From positions 84,506,001 through 84,570,000 of the forward strand of contig OZ024747.1 of assembly GCA_964016885.1 (NCBI GenBank): a stretch of 64,000 nt of DNA, in the 5' to 3' direction. The position numbers and the translations under genes were made by a program. The notes beneath the pieces were generated by a model. The model did no database searches and was not told where the DNA came from. It saw only the letters and a program-made list of their open reading frames with translations. Below are positions 23,501 to 38,208 of this stretch, piece after piece (position 1 is the first letter of the stretch; every line of letters begins with the position of its first letter). Source of the DNA: Eledone cirrhosa (lineage: Eukaryota).

Positions 23501-26500
23501 CTGGCAACTCAAGCTAGCTGTGGACAAGTGCATCACCATGCATTTTGGGAGTAAAAACCCAGTGTCCACATACTCCCTCCACAGCACTAATATCAAGAAG
23601 TCTTCTTGTGAACGTGACCTGGGCATTACGGCCAGCAGCGATTTGCGTTGGACGAAACACGTCTCTAAAATTGTCAAGAGGGCTGAGGGTGTCTTAGCAT
23701 CACTCAGCAAGACCTTTGTCAGCCACACTCCAGCTATCTATTTAAGGCTGTACATGACTATGGTGCGGCCACACTTAGAATTTGCATCACCAGTCTGGAA
23801 CCCCTATCTTGCTCAGAACATTGACCACCTGGAAACTGTTCAGAGACGTGCAACCAAGCGAATACCCTCCATCAGGCATCTACCATACTCTGAACGCCTT
23901 GCTTCCCTGGGCATGGATACATTGAAGCTCCGACGCCTGGCAACTGACTTGGTAAACGCCCACAAAATTGTTAACCATGTTGCCAACAACAACCCTGAGT
24001 AACTTTTTGATTTCCATGTGTCTATCACACGTGGACATGTCCACAAAGTCAGAAAACAGCACAGTTCCCATGACTTTCAGAAACATTTTTTCACGCTCAG
24101 AGTTGCTGAAGCATCCTGCATCAGTTGTTAGCTATCGAGACTCTGCATCCTTTAAAACCTCCATTCCCGAGATTCACCAACACTACACCTAATGTTCCCC
24201 CTCCACACACATGTATATCATGACTCATACACTGTTCACTTCCCTGACATTTGTATATTATTCTATGTACTATACATGCACCTTTGACGAGTTGTAGTGC
24301 ACCTGAGCACTTTACAAAATAATTTCATTATATCAAATACATAATTGATAGATACGTAATTAAATACTGGTTTCTGATTTAAGCACAAGGCCAGCAACTT
24401 GAAGGGGAGGGGAAAGTCGATTAAATCGACTCGAGTGTGTGACTAGTACTTTATTTTATCAACCCCTTGGTGGGATTTGAACTCAGAAACGTAAATAAAT
24501 AATACTCGATATTCTGTTTGGCTCCATTCATCATGTAATATATTTGCAGATTTGTAGAAAAAATTGAAGACAAATTGTCCCAGAATGGCAAACATGTTGG
24601 AAATGCAGTGAATAGCTATCAGCTTATCCACAGGTTCTTATTTGAATGGCACCAAATAAAGGAACTATTAGACATGATATTAAGGACTGAGTATGTTAAA
24701 CAAGAGTCAGAAAGATTTGCAAATGGTAAGTACCATATACTGTCTATGTGTATTAATTAATTTTAAGAATTCAAAGAATTAACTATTTAGTTGGAAAGCT
24801 GTTTTGAACGTTACTGTACATTTCTTCCAGCCTATGTTGTCTATATTTCAAATAATTTTTTTAATAATTTTTAAAGAATTGAATTAATTTAATAAAATAA
24901 TCAACATTTCATTAGTAAGCTGCTATTTGAAACATCATTTACAAAAAATTCTTTATAAAAAAATTATGATGGAAGCTATTAGTATGAACATTTAAAAATG
25001 GGCAGTTTTGTATCATAAAACCAAGGTAAGTTTCAGGCCAGTTGGTATCAAAAGGGTTAATTATATATATATATATATATTCAGTTGACCATTACCATCA
25101 CATTCCATTTACTTGAAAAAGAGGTCATTACTCTGAAATATCATGAATATATAAAGTAAAACTATAAACTGTTGTCATGTTTTGTTTGTCATACTTTACT
25201 CTTGCTTTCATTCCTTTATTTCTAACTCATACTGTATTGGCATTTCCAAAATAATTCTAAACATATTTCATATATATTTGTAGCTATTGATTTTTTCAGC
25301 CACCAAGACTTCCAGATATTCACCTTATTTACATGTTCTATTTCACTGTTGTACAATTTCACTCCATTACTCTTATACTGATTCTAGTGACTGTGTTATG
25401 TCATGGCTGGAACGCTGCCAGCACTTAATATATTCTTCTGTTGTAGAATTTCTAAGCACTGTCAAATTCATGCAAGAATCTGAACTATGGCCAGATGCAG
25501 ATGACCTTCAAGGTGCATCACTAGGGCTTCTTCGGATAGTAGAAATGTATCAAGTACCGCTGTATGAACTGGCAAGAGGAAATCTGCTGGGAAAGCAAAC
25601 TATGGCCTTAGAGACAACACAGTACTTTAGTATAGCTGCTGTGGCTCAGGACATGGACATGAACTGGGAGGCTGTGCAATGGTACAACTATACTACTAGT
25701 GTACTTGGTACAGACACAGCTTCACAACATTTACTCACTAAAGCTCATAAGTCAATGGCAGCTATACTTTATAAGGTAAATCTCTAATTACTTTTTTATC
25801 TTTTTGCTAATCAATTATTTTATACTTAGTGACTCCTATAAGAACTCGTTTATAGAAAGAAATAATAATTCTTCCTAATTTAGACACAAGGGCAGCAATT
25901 TGGGAGATTGGGAAAATCAGTTATATCAACACAGTACTTAATTGATAAAATTTCTTTTATCGATCCCAGAAGGGTGAAAGGCAAAGTTACTGGAGTGTGC
26001 AATAATAATAATAATAATGATTTCTACTATAGGCACAAGGCCAGCAATTTGTGGAAAGGGAAAAGTAGATTAAATCGACCCCCAGTGCGTGACTGGTACA
26101 TTATTTTATCGAACCTGTAAGGCAAAGCTAGCCTTGGCAGGATTTGAACTCAGAACATAAAGGGCCGTAACTCTATGCTGCAAAGCATGGTGTCCGACGC
26201 TCTACCAATTCTGCCAATCCACCGCCCTTATCATAATGATGATAATTATAATAATTAGGATGTTTTAGTTCATAAACAAATGTATCTAAATAAAAAAAAA
26301 TAGGGTTTTGTGATATAACCACGTGAAAGCACATTAGCAAGACATTCTTGAAAAGTACAAAACAGTATTAAGATTGCATCAAATTAAAAGATAAAGTTTT
26401 TAGTTTAATTTACAGCAAATTTCACAGCGAACTGTTGACTAGAAAAATACCATAAACATTTGAACTAATAAAACTCGTTTTTAGATATTTTCTGCTAAAT

Positions 26501-29500
26501 CATTACACAATGGTAAGAGTTAAATGGAAGACATATAAAGTAATACAGATGTCTTCTTCTTTCTTCTTCTTCACTTACTTATTCCTGAGAGGGTCATGAG
26601 GGCAGAATCTTCAGACATACCTTCTAGAAGGTCCTATCAGAAGCTACCATCTCCAAATGATCTGGCTTAATCCCTAAGTAATATAGATGTGCTTATTTAA
26701 ATATTATATGAAGGTCGGAAGATTCAACAACAATATTTGGGTTATTTTTACTTTATATTACAGCTTGGGAGACCAGATTTATCAGCTGACTCGATCCAAC
26801 AGTTGATTGGTGAGTATGTTATTTGGATTTGTGAAAACTGTCAGATTAACAAAATCTTGTCTGTGATAATTTAGTTAGTGTCTGGAATATAGCTTAACAA
26901 AGGTTCTTATATAAAATCATAATGTAAGGTATTTAGATAACTATAAATAATTCTGTATCATAGAACTAGGGGCAGTTTCGGGTGGCTTAATATCAAAAAG
27001 GTTAAAGAGATTATATTTCATTCACAGACAAGAAGAATGGGAGCAGTATCCATGACAACCAGCTGCATACAGAACTACGTAATTATCTTCAGAAATCTGG
27101 TAATAAAGCACTTTTTCCTCAGTTGATTCGCCCACCATCAAAATGGATGGGTTACCATGATTTTGAGAAGCTTTGTCGTGCTCAGTTGAAGGTAAAAACA
27201 ACAAATAAACAAACAAAATAACCTCATTATTTTGACCGTCATCATGATTATCTTCATAATCATTATCACCAGTGAGGGATAGGCAGAATCTTTAGAGCAG
27301 GGGCGCGCAACAGGCGGCCCACGGACCACAATCTGGCCCACCAGTCAGAGTGGCCTACGATGGCTGTTTTTAATTTTTACTTTGTAGGCTTATTTAGAAT
27401 TTCTTTCGTAACAGTAATAACATTTTCTGTTAGTTGACCTATACTAAAGGGCTACACTGATAGGGTTGTGTGTGTTATAATTTCCCAGTTCCCTGTTATG
27501 GAAAGAAGTTGTGGTGAATCTTTGGAATTGTGCTTAATAAATATTAATGGCCCTAATAGTTGTTCCAATGTTCAAAAGTGGCCCGCCAATTGAATATGTT
27601 TCACACCCCTGCTTTAGAGTATCAGACAAAATACTTTGCAGTATTTATTCTAACTCTTTATGTTCTGAGTTATTAGTTTGGCTGAAGTCAACTTTACCTT
27701 TCATCTTTCTGAAGTTGATCAAATAAAATTCCAGTCAAGCACTTACCTTGATTTAATCAACTTTACCCTTCAGCTATAATTGCTGGCCTTGTGCCTAAAT
27801 TAGAAACCATTATAATCTTTATCATCATCATCATCATCATCATCATTATTAAAGATGATATATTGGTAGAATTGTTCAAGTAGTGGACAAAATTCTTTGA
27901 GGTATTTGTCCCAGTTCTTAACATTCTGAGTTTAACCCTTTAGCATTGACATTACTCTATATATACTATTGTATTTTTGTGGTAAAGGCTTTATCTTACA
28001 TAATTATCTCACATAATATCAAATCTAAGAGATTTTGATGTTACTTATTTTGAGAACAATACCTTAATGAACGGCCAGTTACAGCTGGTTTGAACAGAAA
28101 GAAATGAAAGAATTCTGGCCAGTTACGGCCAGTTTAAATGCTAAAGGGTTAAATCTGTTCACTCTCTGGATCACATTGCCTTGATTGCATGGAGACAACA
28201 TAGGGTAGTGAATACCCCATAAAAACCATGTCATAAATATATAGACACACATGAATTCTTGATTTTATTTGTTTTCGTTTTTTTTTAAATCTTTACTAAA
28301 AAAAGCCACCAGTCTCCAATGACATTCACTGTTCCTTCCAAGAGAGACTTCTACCTTATTTGACGTTCAAACAAGAAACATTACACCATGATCCTCTTGT
28401 GATACTTTATCATGATGTCATTGCGGAATCTGAAATTTATCGTATAAAGAATGTAACAGTCCGGAAGGTAAATACTGCTACGTACTTTGCTTCACTTACA
28501 TATTAAACCATATTTTCAGTATTTCAGTAGAAAATAGAAGAAAGAAGATTCAAGAGTCTATCACAGTGATACATTTATCTTCTATCTTTAAATATTACCC
28601 TTTCAATATGAAACTTCTTGAAAGCTAGTCCTCTGGTTTGATGTTGTTTATTTTAAAGTACATAGCATGGGTTAGACAAGCTGTCCTATTGTGAGACAAG
28701 TCAAGGCAGATGACCGTGTCATGCTCATACAGAACTGATTTTGACTTGGTTTCTATAGCTAGATGCCCTTCCTAATGCCAACCAAATTTACTACTATCAC
28801 CACCACCACCACAACAACAACAACAACTATAACAATCACTAGTATCACCACCACCACTATAATGACCACCCCAATTACAAAAAAATGTTCATTTTTGAAA
28901 AGTAGTTTGTATTATATTCCAGTTGACACGGTCAAATATTGGAAACAAGGACCCCAAAGGGACAACAATAAACAGTGCTAGGATCAGCCAGAGGTAAGAT
29001 AATTTGTAGTATACAAACTATAAATACACCTAGATTACCATGAGTATATTGATTTTAGTAGGCTAGAAAGATTGAAATGAGTAGACTCCAACTGATATGT
29101 AAGGTTGGTGTGCAGGAACGACATAACATAAACAAGCTGAGAGAAAAACTTGGCATAAGTAGAATTAGATGTAGTGTGCATGAGAGAAATATACATTGGT
29201 ATGGACATGTGATGCATATGGAAGATGACAGTTGTATAAAGAAATACAAAGAAATCTCAGTGAACCATGGAAACCATGGAAGAGGCAAATCCAGGAATAC
29301 TTGAGATGATAGGTAGGTAGACCCAGAAAAACCTGGGATGATCTGATAAATTCCGACCTTACACACTTGCACCTCTCTAAGACAATGTCACTGGACCGAG
29401 ATCTTTGGCGCTACACAGTAATACAGAAGACCCGCCTTGCCTATGTACAAAGCGAAACCTACAGTCAGTAGGCACCTCTTAACCAAATATACACCCCAAT

Positions 29501-30601
29501 CCACTACCCCTACCCTATCCTCCCACTCCCACTAAAACCACCCTCTCTCTGTAAAGTTGGTACCACAACATCCAGTTCAAATAAATGAGATAAATGAGAT
29601 CGAGATCGTGTAGGTGTTACAACAAAAAAACACACAGTCCACGCTGTAATGTGGCCGTGTAGGTAACACAGTAAAAAGTTCCCAGTTCCACACTGTAAAT
29701 ATGGTTGGTGTTAGGAAGGGCATCCAGCCGTAGAAAACCTGCCAGATAGTCCTATATGAGCGAGACACGGTCACCCGACCAACCTTGCCTCAAGTGGGTC
29801 AACTCCCGTCTAACCCATGCTAGCGTGGAAGATGGACGTTAAACGATGATGATGATGATGATGATGTAAGGAAGACCAACCTTAAGAAGCTGAACCTCAC
29901 AATGAAGATGACAAAGAACTGTGAGACTTGACATGCAATACTGGAGAAGACCTGCCTACCAGCATAAAATGTGACTTGACCTATCCCCATACCTTCCTCC
30001 ACTAACACTCCTTAGTAGCTACCCTCACCAATAACATTTCCTAGTAGCTATCCTTACCATCACTGTACACCCCCACATCATCCATGCCCCTCCACTATCA
30101 CCTCTTAACTATTCTCACCATCACTACAACTCCTTTCAGAAAACTGCCTTGACAATTGCTGAAACCTTTTTTTAACACAAATGACAGAAACTGAGAAGAC
30201 CAAGACATGGTCATCTGATTTGTCTTGTCTTTCAATGTGACAACCTATCTAACCCAGGCGTAAAAGCAATGATGATGATTACACTGTGATCTACTTGATT
30301 TCTGATCATCATCAAATTCCTGGATGTATACACAGTACAAAACTTTTATTTCTAAACTAAGGGTTACAATATTTTTATCCACAAGGCCATTGACACAACT
30401 CCTGATCAACTCCTCAAATACTTTGATTTTGTTCACTTTTTTCCCCCTTTTTCTCTTCCTGTGATACCTAGCACATGGCTTCCAGCTGAAGATGAGATAA
30501 GTAAGGTTTTGAGTCAACGGCTCAAACTGATTACAGGTTTACAAACGGATTTCCAGCCCAAAGACACCAACAGTGAATTATTTCAGGTAAGAATATGTAT
30601 A

Positions 30602-30643
<42 letters not shown>

Positions 30644-33600
30644 GCCACAACCATCTGATGTCACTTTCACCTGCATGTGATATGGAAGGTATCCAAGCTG
30701 GACTAATGGGTATCCCACAATCTGACTGAGTATAATCATGAATGTTGAGTGGCAGCTTCAACTTCTCTGCTTTCCTACCATCGCACAACCAACCAGTTAT
30801 GTTCTATTGTCACTGCTGATGAAAAATGGTGTCTCTCTACATTAACATCAAGTGCAAGTAATTGTGGGTTGATAAAGAGAGTGTGCTGCAACAGCAAGCA
30901 AAGGCTGCCCTCCAGCCTTACAAGACCCTACTAAGCATTTGGTGGGACTGGAAAGGTGTCATCCACTGTGAGTGAAAAATGTCCAGATAATTGTAGTTGG
31001 AATTCCTTTGATTATACTTGCCTGCCTAGTGTCAACTTGGAGTTAAATAATAAAAACTGAGTTAAACAATACTGGCTATAGCAAGACAAACCAAGGCCAA
31101 CACATATGACAATGTTTGATGTACTACAGGTCACAGCTACTACATTACATACACACAGGAAATAGTTGAGAAGGATAAGATAAACATAAAAGGCTGTTTG
31201 ATGTACTAGATCTCACTTCCACTCCATTACATACACACAGGATATAGTTGACCCAACAATAAACCAAAAATAAAATTAACAAAAACAAACAAAATAAATT
31301 TTTGTCTTTACATTTGTGGCAAAGTATTTCAATGTAGTTTGTACTTATTATTATGACACAGCAATATATAAGAGACATTGGCATTGCAATGTAGCTATAT
31401 GTGTGATTTATGAGGGAGAGAGAGAGAGTCATTACATAGTTGCGTAATCTGCTAAAAATAGCAGCCAGATATCTCTCAAATCACATCCTTCTCTCTTTAA
31501 AATATAACAGCATTTTATATTTTTAAATATTTTCAAAATTAAAAATAAAATAAATTCTTTTATTCAGAATAAAATAATTCTTTTATTTTGAATCATACTT
31601 TAAAATATATATATTTGAACTCCCTTAGCCAGATTAGTGTCTGGATGACTAGAGTGACACTCAAGAAATCAAATATACTAGAGTAAAAGAAGAGCAGCTA
31701 ATATATAAACTCTTTTGTTACAGTATTTCTGATGAAATATACTTCCTTTGTGTATCAATTAATTTTGAAAATTCGAAGAATTTAAAGAGATAACTAACTT
31801 TTCCATGAGTAGCCTGATGTTTGAAACATTACTTTACAAACATTTCGTAGATATAAATATGACGGAAGGTTTTAATATTAGTATGGACATTTTAAAATGA
31901 GCAGTTGTGTAAAATAAAAGAAGGGCAGTTTCAGGCAAGTTGGTATTGAAAAGGTTAATAGTTAAATGAGTTAGATGGAATGGTGACAATAAATGTACTC
32001 ATGGGGTTAACCAAGATAACACTATAATAATTGTTTGTACTTTTGGCACAAGGCCAGCAATTATCTCAGTGTATTACTGGTACTTTATTTTATCGACCCC
32101 GTAAGGATGAAAGGCAAAGTTAACCTCAGCAGGATTTGAACTCAGACCGTAAAGGGCTGTAACTCTATGCTGCAAAGCATAGTGTCCGACCCTCTACCGA
32201 TACTACCAATCCACAATGATGATGACGCTGGGGAGGATAAACAGGTGAATAAAAAGGAGGATGGGTGAGGAGAAGAGAGAGGAATGTGACAAAGAAAGTA
32301 CTAGTAAAACCAGTTTTATATTATTCATATGAATTGGGACATGTAGCATTTGATGCTTGCTCGGTAACACACACACACACTAGCTACAGTCAGATTTAAC
32401 CTTTTAAACCGGCCATATCCGGCCAGAATTCTCTCACCTCTTTCTGTTCAAACTGACTGTAACTGGCCACTCATAGTGATGTTAAGGTATTGTTCTCAAA
32501 ATAAATAATATTAAAATCTCATATTCTCAATATTATGTGAGATATTATGTGAGATAAAGCCTTCACCATGAAAATATGATAAAAAATATAGAGTAATGTG
32601 AATGCTAAAGGGTTAACCTTATATGGCATTCCTTCATCACCTTAACTCTTTCCTTACCATATTTCCAATGAAAGACACTGCCTATGATTTTCAAATCATT
32701 TTGAAATATTCGGGAATTTGGAGGAATATAGTGCTATAACTAACTTTCTTCTTATTTATCTGTTGTTTGTAACATAACAAAAGTTATTACATAAAATTAT
32801 GATGGAAGGGTTTTAGATAAATATAACCACTTTAAAATAAACAACATTAGAACCAGGGCTGGTTTCAGGTGGTTTAATGTTTAAAAGGGTTAATCTCAGA
32901 ACCACAGTGGTGGGAAAATAAGTTACTATTATTACTAATAATAATTGTTTCTAATTTTGGCATAAGGTCAACTATTGTGTCTGAATGGAAAATCAATTAT
33001 ATTGATCCCAGGACTGGAGAGGTTCTTTATTTTATCGACCCTGGAAAGGTAATACACAAAGTCGACCATGACAGGATGTGAACTCAGAATGTAAATGCTA
33101 AGCATTTGTTTGATGTTTTAGCAACTCTGCCAGTAATAAAATCTTCTTGCCCCATCTCTTCTTTCTCCTCCTTTTCTTCTTTTTCTTCTTCTTCTTCATC
33201 GTCTTCTTCTTTTCTTTTTCATCTTCTTCTTGTTCTTCTTCTTCCACTTCCTTTTCTTCCTTCTCCACCTCCTCTCCTTCTTCTCTCAGCTCTTCTTCTT
33301 CCTCTCCTCTTCTTTTTCCCTTTTCTCCTTCCCTCACCTCTTCTTCTTCCTCCACCTCTTCCTCCTCCACCTCCTTCCACTCCCTCTCCTTCTTCCCTCC
33401 TCTTCTTCCTCTTCCACCTTCTTCCTCCACTTCTTCTTCCCCCACCTCTTCCTCTATCTCTCCTTCTTCCTCCCCCTCTTCTCCCTCTCCCTCTCCCTCC
33501 TCCACCTCTTCTTCTTCACTATATGTCATCTTATTGTTCTTCATCTCCAGGTGATAAACTATGGTATTGGTGGACTGTATCTGCCCCACCATGATTATGT

Positions 33601-36600
33601 GGTAAGTAGAATCCTATAGTTCAAACAACTCTTGTTATGGTCCTAATATAACATATGCATTCTAATAGCTGGTCTTCTTATCCATGGGTTATATAGGAGC
33701 AGTGGTGTCAGTTTATTCTGGAAATTATCCTTGAACACCCACTAAACTTTCTGCATCTTGGAAAAAATATAAGATTCCTGTCTAATTGAAGAATTTATTA
33801 AAAAAAAAGGTACTTCACAATTATTTGCTATCCTCTGAGGTAATGGTATACACCTGAGGTTTTGTACATCGGAGGAGAAGAGTAGATAAACAGATGGGAG
33901 GGGAGTGATAACTTTTCATTGACAGGTTCATGCTGTTACTGTTGGCCCCTATATACACACATATACAAGACCCTACTGTGCTAAATGTTCTATGCAAAGT
34001 CTATATGCAAACATCAGTTCAATATTTACATTCTGTGTAGCTACAACAATTATTTGAATAAAAGTCTTTTTGTTTTCAAATTTTGTAACTAATCAAACAG
34101 TGAGTTGGCAAAGTTGTTAGAACATCAGATTAAATGCTTTGCAATATTTGTTCTAGCTCTCTACACTTGGAGTTCAAATCCTGTCAAGATTAATTTTACT
34201 TTTCATCCTTTTGTGGCAGGGGTTGATAAATAAAGTACCAGTTCAAGGGTGGCAGATCGGTGAAATTGTTAAAGCATTAGATGGTCATGCTTTATTGTAT
34301 CTGTTCCAGCTCAGTGAGTTCTGAGTTCAAATCCTGTCAATAACATTTGTCATGAGTTGCTACTAACAGATAGTCTCAACAATAGAAAGACTATTTGAAA
34401 CATAGTCTCCTTGGTTCACTTAAATGATTGGTCTTTTCCTTTCCCTGTAACTAATTATAAACATTATAGTGTTATTGGAAAGGACACTTAGCTTTTTATT
34501 TGCTTAAGGCTTTCATGCATATTCAAGAAATTACTTCAATTCATTTGTTTTTAAAAATAGTTTTTCTTGATTTATTTATCTGCAGAGTTACTACAGAAAA
34601 CAAAAATTTGAAGATATTCCACTCTTTCAAAACTCTGGTGACAGAATTGCTACAGTGATATTATATGTTAGTATTTAATTTGTTATTATCATTATTTTGT
34701 TTGTTAAAGGGCGGTGGATTGGCAGTATCGGTAGAGGGTCGGACGCCATGCTTTCCAGCATAGTTACGTCCCTTTACCATCTGAGTTCAAATCCCGCCGA
34801 GGTTGACTTTGCCTTTCATCCTTACGGGGTCGATAAAATAAAGTACCAGTAATGCACTGGTAATTGCTGGCCTTGTGCCTAAAAAGTAGAAACAATTATT
34901 TTGTTTGTTATACATAGTTGCCATATATTTGGACATAGACATAACTGTGTGGTTAAGAAGTGTTTCCTTGCTATGATGAGGTTCCTGGCTCAATCCCACT
35001 GTATGGTATCTTGGGCAAGTGTCTTTACCATGGCTTTAGGTCAACCCAAACCTTGTGAGTGAAATTATAGACAGAAACTGTTTGAAAGCCCTTTGGATGG
35101 ACTGTATCTGTAATTCTAAGGTGCAGCTTACAGACAACAGCTGGAACATTCATTGTCAAAACCAATGGAGGCTCATTCCATATTGGTTATATGTATGATG
35201 ATTGTAACCATTCTAGAAGAAAAAAAATGTTAACCATCTTCCATGATGTCATTGTTTCAATTTCAATATAATGTCTCAAATTATGTTCCTTGACAAATAA
35301 CATAACTCCAAAATATAATACAATATTACATAATATAATATAATTTTATCATAAAATAATAATAATTATATGATGATGCTGAAAAGTGGTAATACAATAT
35401 AAATATAATACATAAATACATATATTTAATTATTTTCTAGTTAAGTGATGTTCCACTGGGAGGTGAAACAGTCTTCCCCAAACTTAACCTCCATATACCA
35501 ATTGTAAAGGTTTGTCTTAACCCTTTCATTATCATCTGTCTGTGTCTAACAAAATACTTTGTGTGTTTCAATTAACTTACAAAATAATCAAAAAAATTCA
35601 AGAATTTCGTAAAGTAACTAACATTTTTATTATTAATCTGATGTCTAAGGCAGTGGATTAGCAGTATCAGTAGAGAGTCGGACGCAATGCTTTGTAGCCC
35701 TTTATTATCTGAGTTCAAATCCCGCTGAGGTTTACTTTGCCTTTCATCCTTACGGGGTCAATAAAATAAAGTACCAGTAATGCACTGGGTAATTGCTGGC
35801 CTTGTGCCAAAAGTAGAAACAATTATTAATCTGATGTCTAAAGCAGTGGATTAGCAGAATACCCCAGCTTTATCATTCAATAATCAGAAGAAGAGAGATT
35901 GGTTTAAAAGCATTGGTCGCCTATCACTGGCAGGGTATGCTTATTCTCTCTCTCTGATCTGTCTGTATGTTCCTCTGTTCTGTTTGTCTTGTCGCACACA
36001 CTTCATACAAGCAGAAATATTTATTTTCTGTTGCTGGAACTGGCATGAAAGAGTGCAGTCCTCTCAGTTAATTTATGTGAAAGCACAGGCCAGATTGAGA
36101 GCTGACAAGGTCATTAATTATTTAAATATAGTGTATTTCATTAGAAATATGGTAACAAAAGAGTTAAATATTATTTTGTTGTATTACTGCAGGGAGCAGC
36201 AGCTGTATGGTACAATTTACACCGTAATGGAACACCAGATTCACGTCTGCTCCATGGAGGTTGTCCAGTTATATTTGGTGACAAATGGAGTAAGGGTTAA
36301 AGTTAATTTTGTGTTTCTTTGAAGTATCTAAGAATTGATAATTGTGTGTGTGTGTGTGTGTTCGTGTGTGTGTGTGCGCGTGCATGTGTGTGCATGTGTG
36401 TGTGTGTTTGTGTGTGTGTGTGTATGTTTGTATGTATGTTTGTGTGTGTGTGTGAGTGTGTGTTGTTATGGATGCAATCATTAGATCCTAGGTTCAATAC
36501 CACTGCATACTACTAACAACAAAATATCTAAAAAATCTTTGCTTTTTTAAATTTTTTATTTAGTAAGTACTAAATGGATTCGAGAAGCAGGACAAGAATT

Positions 36601-36634
36601 CAGAAGACCGTGTTTATTAGATCCTCATTTGTAA
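19674..36634 (+). CDS. P4HA: Prolyl 4-hydroxylase alpha subunit-like gene 2 (spliced, 13 coding exons, ~547 aa)
   Basis: Exons 19674-19885, 24550-24725, 25447-25775, 26764-26809, 27028-27191, 28306-28467, 28923-28993, 30472-30586, 33551-33601, 34586-34666, 35441-35509, 36193-36289, 36564-36634 (1644 nt, in frame). Motifs: signal peptide MFKLTVAAIFLLWS, WPDADDLQGASLGLLR, FEKLCR, ILYHDVI, RISQSTWL, VINYGIGGLYLPHHD, GDRIATVILYLSDVPLGGETVFP, WYN, LLHGGCPVIFGDKW, KWIREAGQEFRRPC. Confidence 0.93.
20558..20962 (-). mobile_element. RTE LINE 3' UTR copy
   Basis: Highly similar to 421-805, with a (CAT)n tail. Confidence 0.85.
21690..24330 (+). mobile_element. 5'-truncated CR1/L2-like LINE ORF2 (AP endonuclease + reverse transcriptase) with frameshifts, in intron 1 of gene 2
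   Basis: ORF 21706-22701 contains AGDFNH, PTRGDNTLDLLFT and SDH (APE). ORF 22893-24002 contains NYRPVSLTS, YLDFAKAFNSVPH, SGVPQGSVLGPLLF, YADD, ERDLGI, VRPHLEFASPVWNP, LETVQRRATK. Confidence 0.92.
29040..29866 (+). mobile_element. RTE LINE 3' fragment with (GAT)n tail
   Basis: LREKLGISRIRCSVHERNIHWYGHVMHMEDDSC, followed by the shared 3' UTR. Confidence 0.85.
30660..30975 (+). mobile_element. Mariner transposase relic
   Basis: IVTADEKW (mariner IVTGDEKW first catalytic Asp motif) and downstream WWDWKGVIH, with frameshifts. Confidence 0.65.
33140..33520. repeat. ~380-bp (CTT/CCT)n polypyrimidine tract
   Basis: Almost pure C/T. It ends ~30 nt before the acceptor of the HxD exon (33551) of gene 2. 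Confidence 0.9.
34709..34899 (+). mobile_element. Full-length tRNA-derived SINE copy
   Basis: GGCGGTGGATTGGCAGTATCGGTAGAG (A box) ... GAGTTCAAATCCC (B box) ... GCCTTTCATCC ... AAACAATTATT tail. Confidence 0.8.
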
Positions 36635-38208
36635 TCTTTGAATTGAATCTGACATTGAAATGTCAATGAAGACTTTTAAGATGCAGAAGACATTTTCAGA
36701 AGGATATGTCTATTAGAACAAACTTCATTTGTAATATTTAGCAATGGTACTAACACAGTGGGGTTTAGAATAATGACATATATGGACCCATGTACAATAT
36801 GTTTATATATGATAAACATACATATAGTCCCACTGTGAATATTTTAAGTGATTTCATATCACAGCTACTTCAGTACTGTATACATGTATATCATTGCACG
36901 ACTATATGTTCAATACCAGATTTAGGCATATGCCAAAAAAGTTACAGCCTAGAGCTTAGGACTCCACAATCTACTAAGGCTTCTTACATACACTTATTCC
37001 TGAGAGGGTCGTGGGGGCAAAGTCCTCAGACATGCCTTCTAGAGAGTCCTACAGGAAACAAAATGATCTTGTTGGATCCCCGGGCAAGACCAACCAAAGT
37101 TATAGATGTCATCCAGCCTTCTTGTATGTGGTTTATCACCTGGTCTCCCGCCAGTTTGCTTTACCCATAAATCCAACCAGCAATTCTTACATTAGATCCT
37201 AACAAAAACAACAAAAAATTCACTTGGGCCTCAAAACATAATTAAAAGTTATATATGTTTCTGATTTTTGTGTGACCATCTGATATGAACTTTTAAACAG
37301 GGGGCTTCTAAGCTTTAAGGCATCACAAAGTCTGATTTTGGCACTGTGTATTATACATAAACATATTGTATATGGGTCCTTATACACCTTTATTAATTTA
37401 TGATATGTAAAGCAGTCTAGGGTATCAAATTAGTAGAGGGTTGTATAAAATTTAATTGTGCTATTTGTTCTGGCTTTACATTCTGAGTTCAAACTTTGCC
37501 TTTGATCTTTCCAGGATAGATAAAATAAATTACCAATTAAGTATTGGTGTTGTTATAATAAACTTTGACCTTCCCCAAAATTTGCTGGTATTGTGCCTAA
37601 ATAAGAAATCAGTATGTAAAGTAGCATTGACAATAAAATGTTTGAGGAAGAAATGATAAAAAAATTAATGAAAATCTTTTAAAGGAAAATTATGTTTGAA
37701 CAAATGAGAAAATATTGATGACATTTATGAAACAAAATGGAATAAAATCTCACTGAGAAATATTGTGTTGAGTAAAATGAAATAATATTGTAGATCTTTT
37801 TCAAATCTATTTATAGATATTCTATTATGTGCTTGTTATAGATGTGTGTGTTTGTATGTGCATATGTTCACAATTGTGTGTGCATACATTTATGTGTGTA
37901 TGAGTGTGTGAGTGTATGTATGAATATTGCAAAGTATTCTATCCAACATACTAATTCACTGCCTATGTACCTGTTTGTATATATGTATATATGATACAAG
38001 CATGCATGTATATATATGTATGATGCACAGATTTCTGTATGTATGATGGGTGCCTGTATGTCTAGTGCACATATGTATGAGGCGTGTATATATGTATTAA
38101 CCATATAAGAAACAATATGAATGGATGATTAAACAGAAAGAAGACAAAGAAATAATCAATACAGATTATTAAAATTTTATACTATTATAATTATTTTCAT
38201 TAACATTA

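Noticed and set aside
21706-24002. Two long ORFs as a host gene nested in gene 2
   Set aside because: They are frameshifted halves of a CR1/L2-type APE-RT ORF2, including a short duplication (YINDNININDNID).
33098-33619. Glu-rich, Ser-rich and Pro-rich ORFs of 129-164 aa
   Set aside because: They come from the polypyrimidine tract. Only 33551-33601 is a real exon.
34709-34800. tRNA-like sequence with A and B boxes
   Set aside because: It forms no cloverleaf and is followed by the same body in many copies, so it is a SINE head rather than a tRNA gene.
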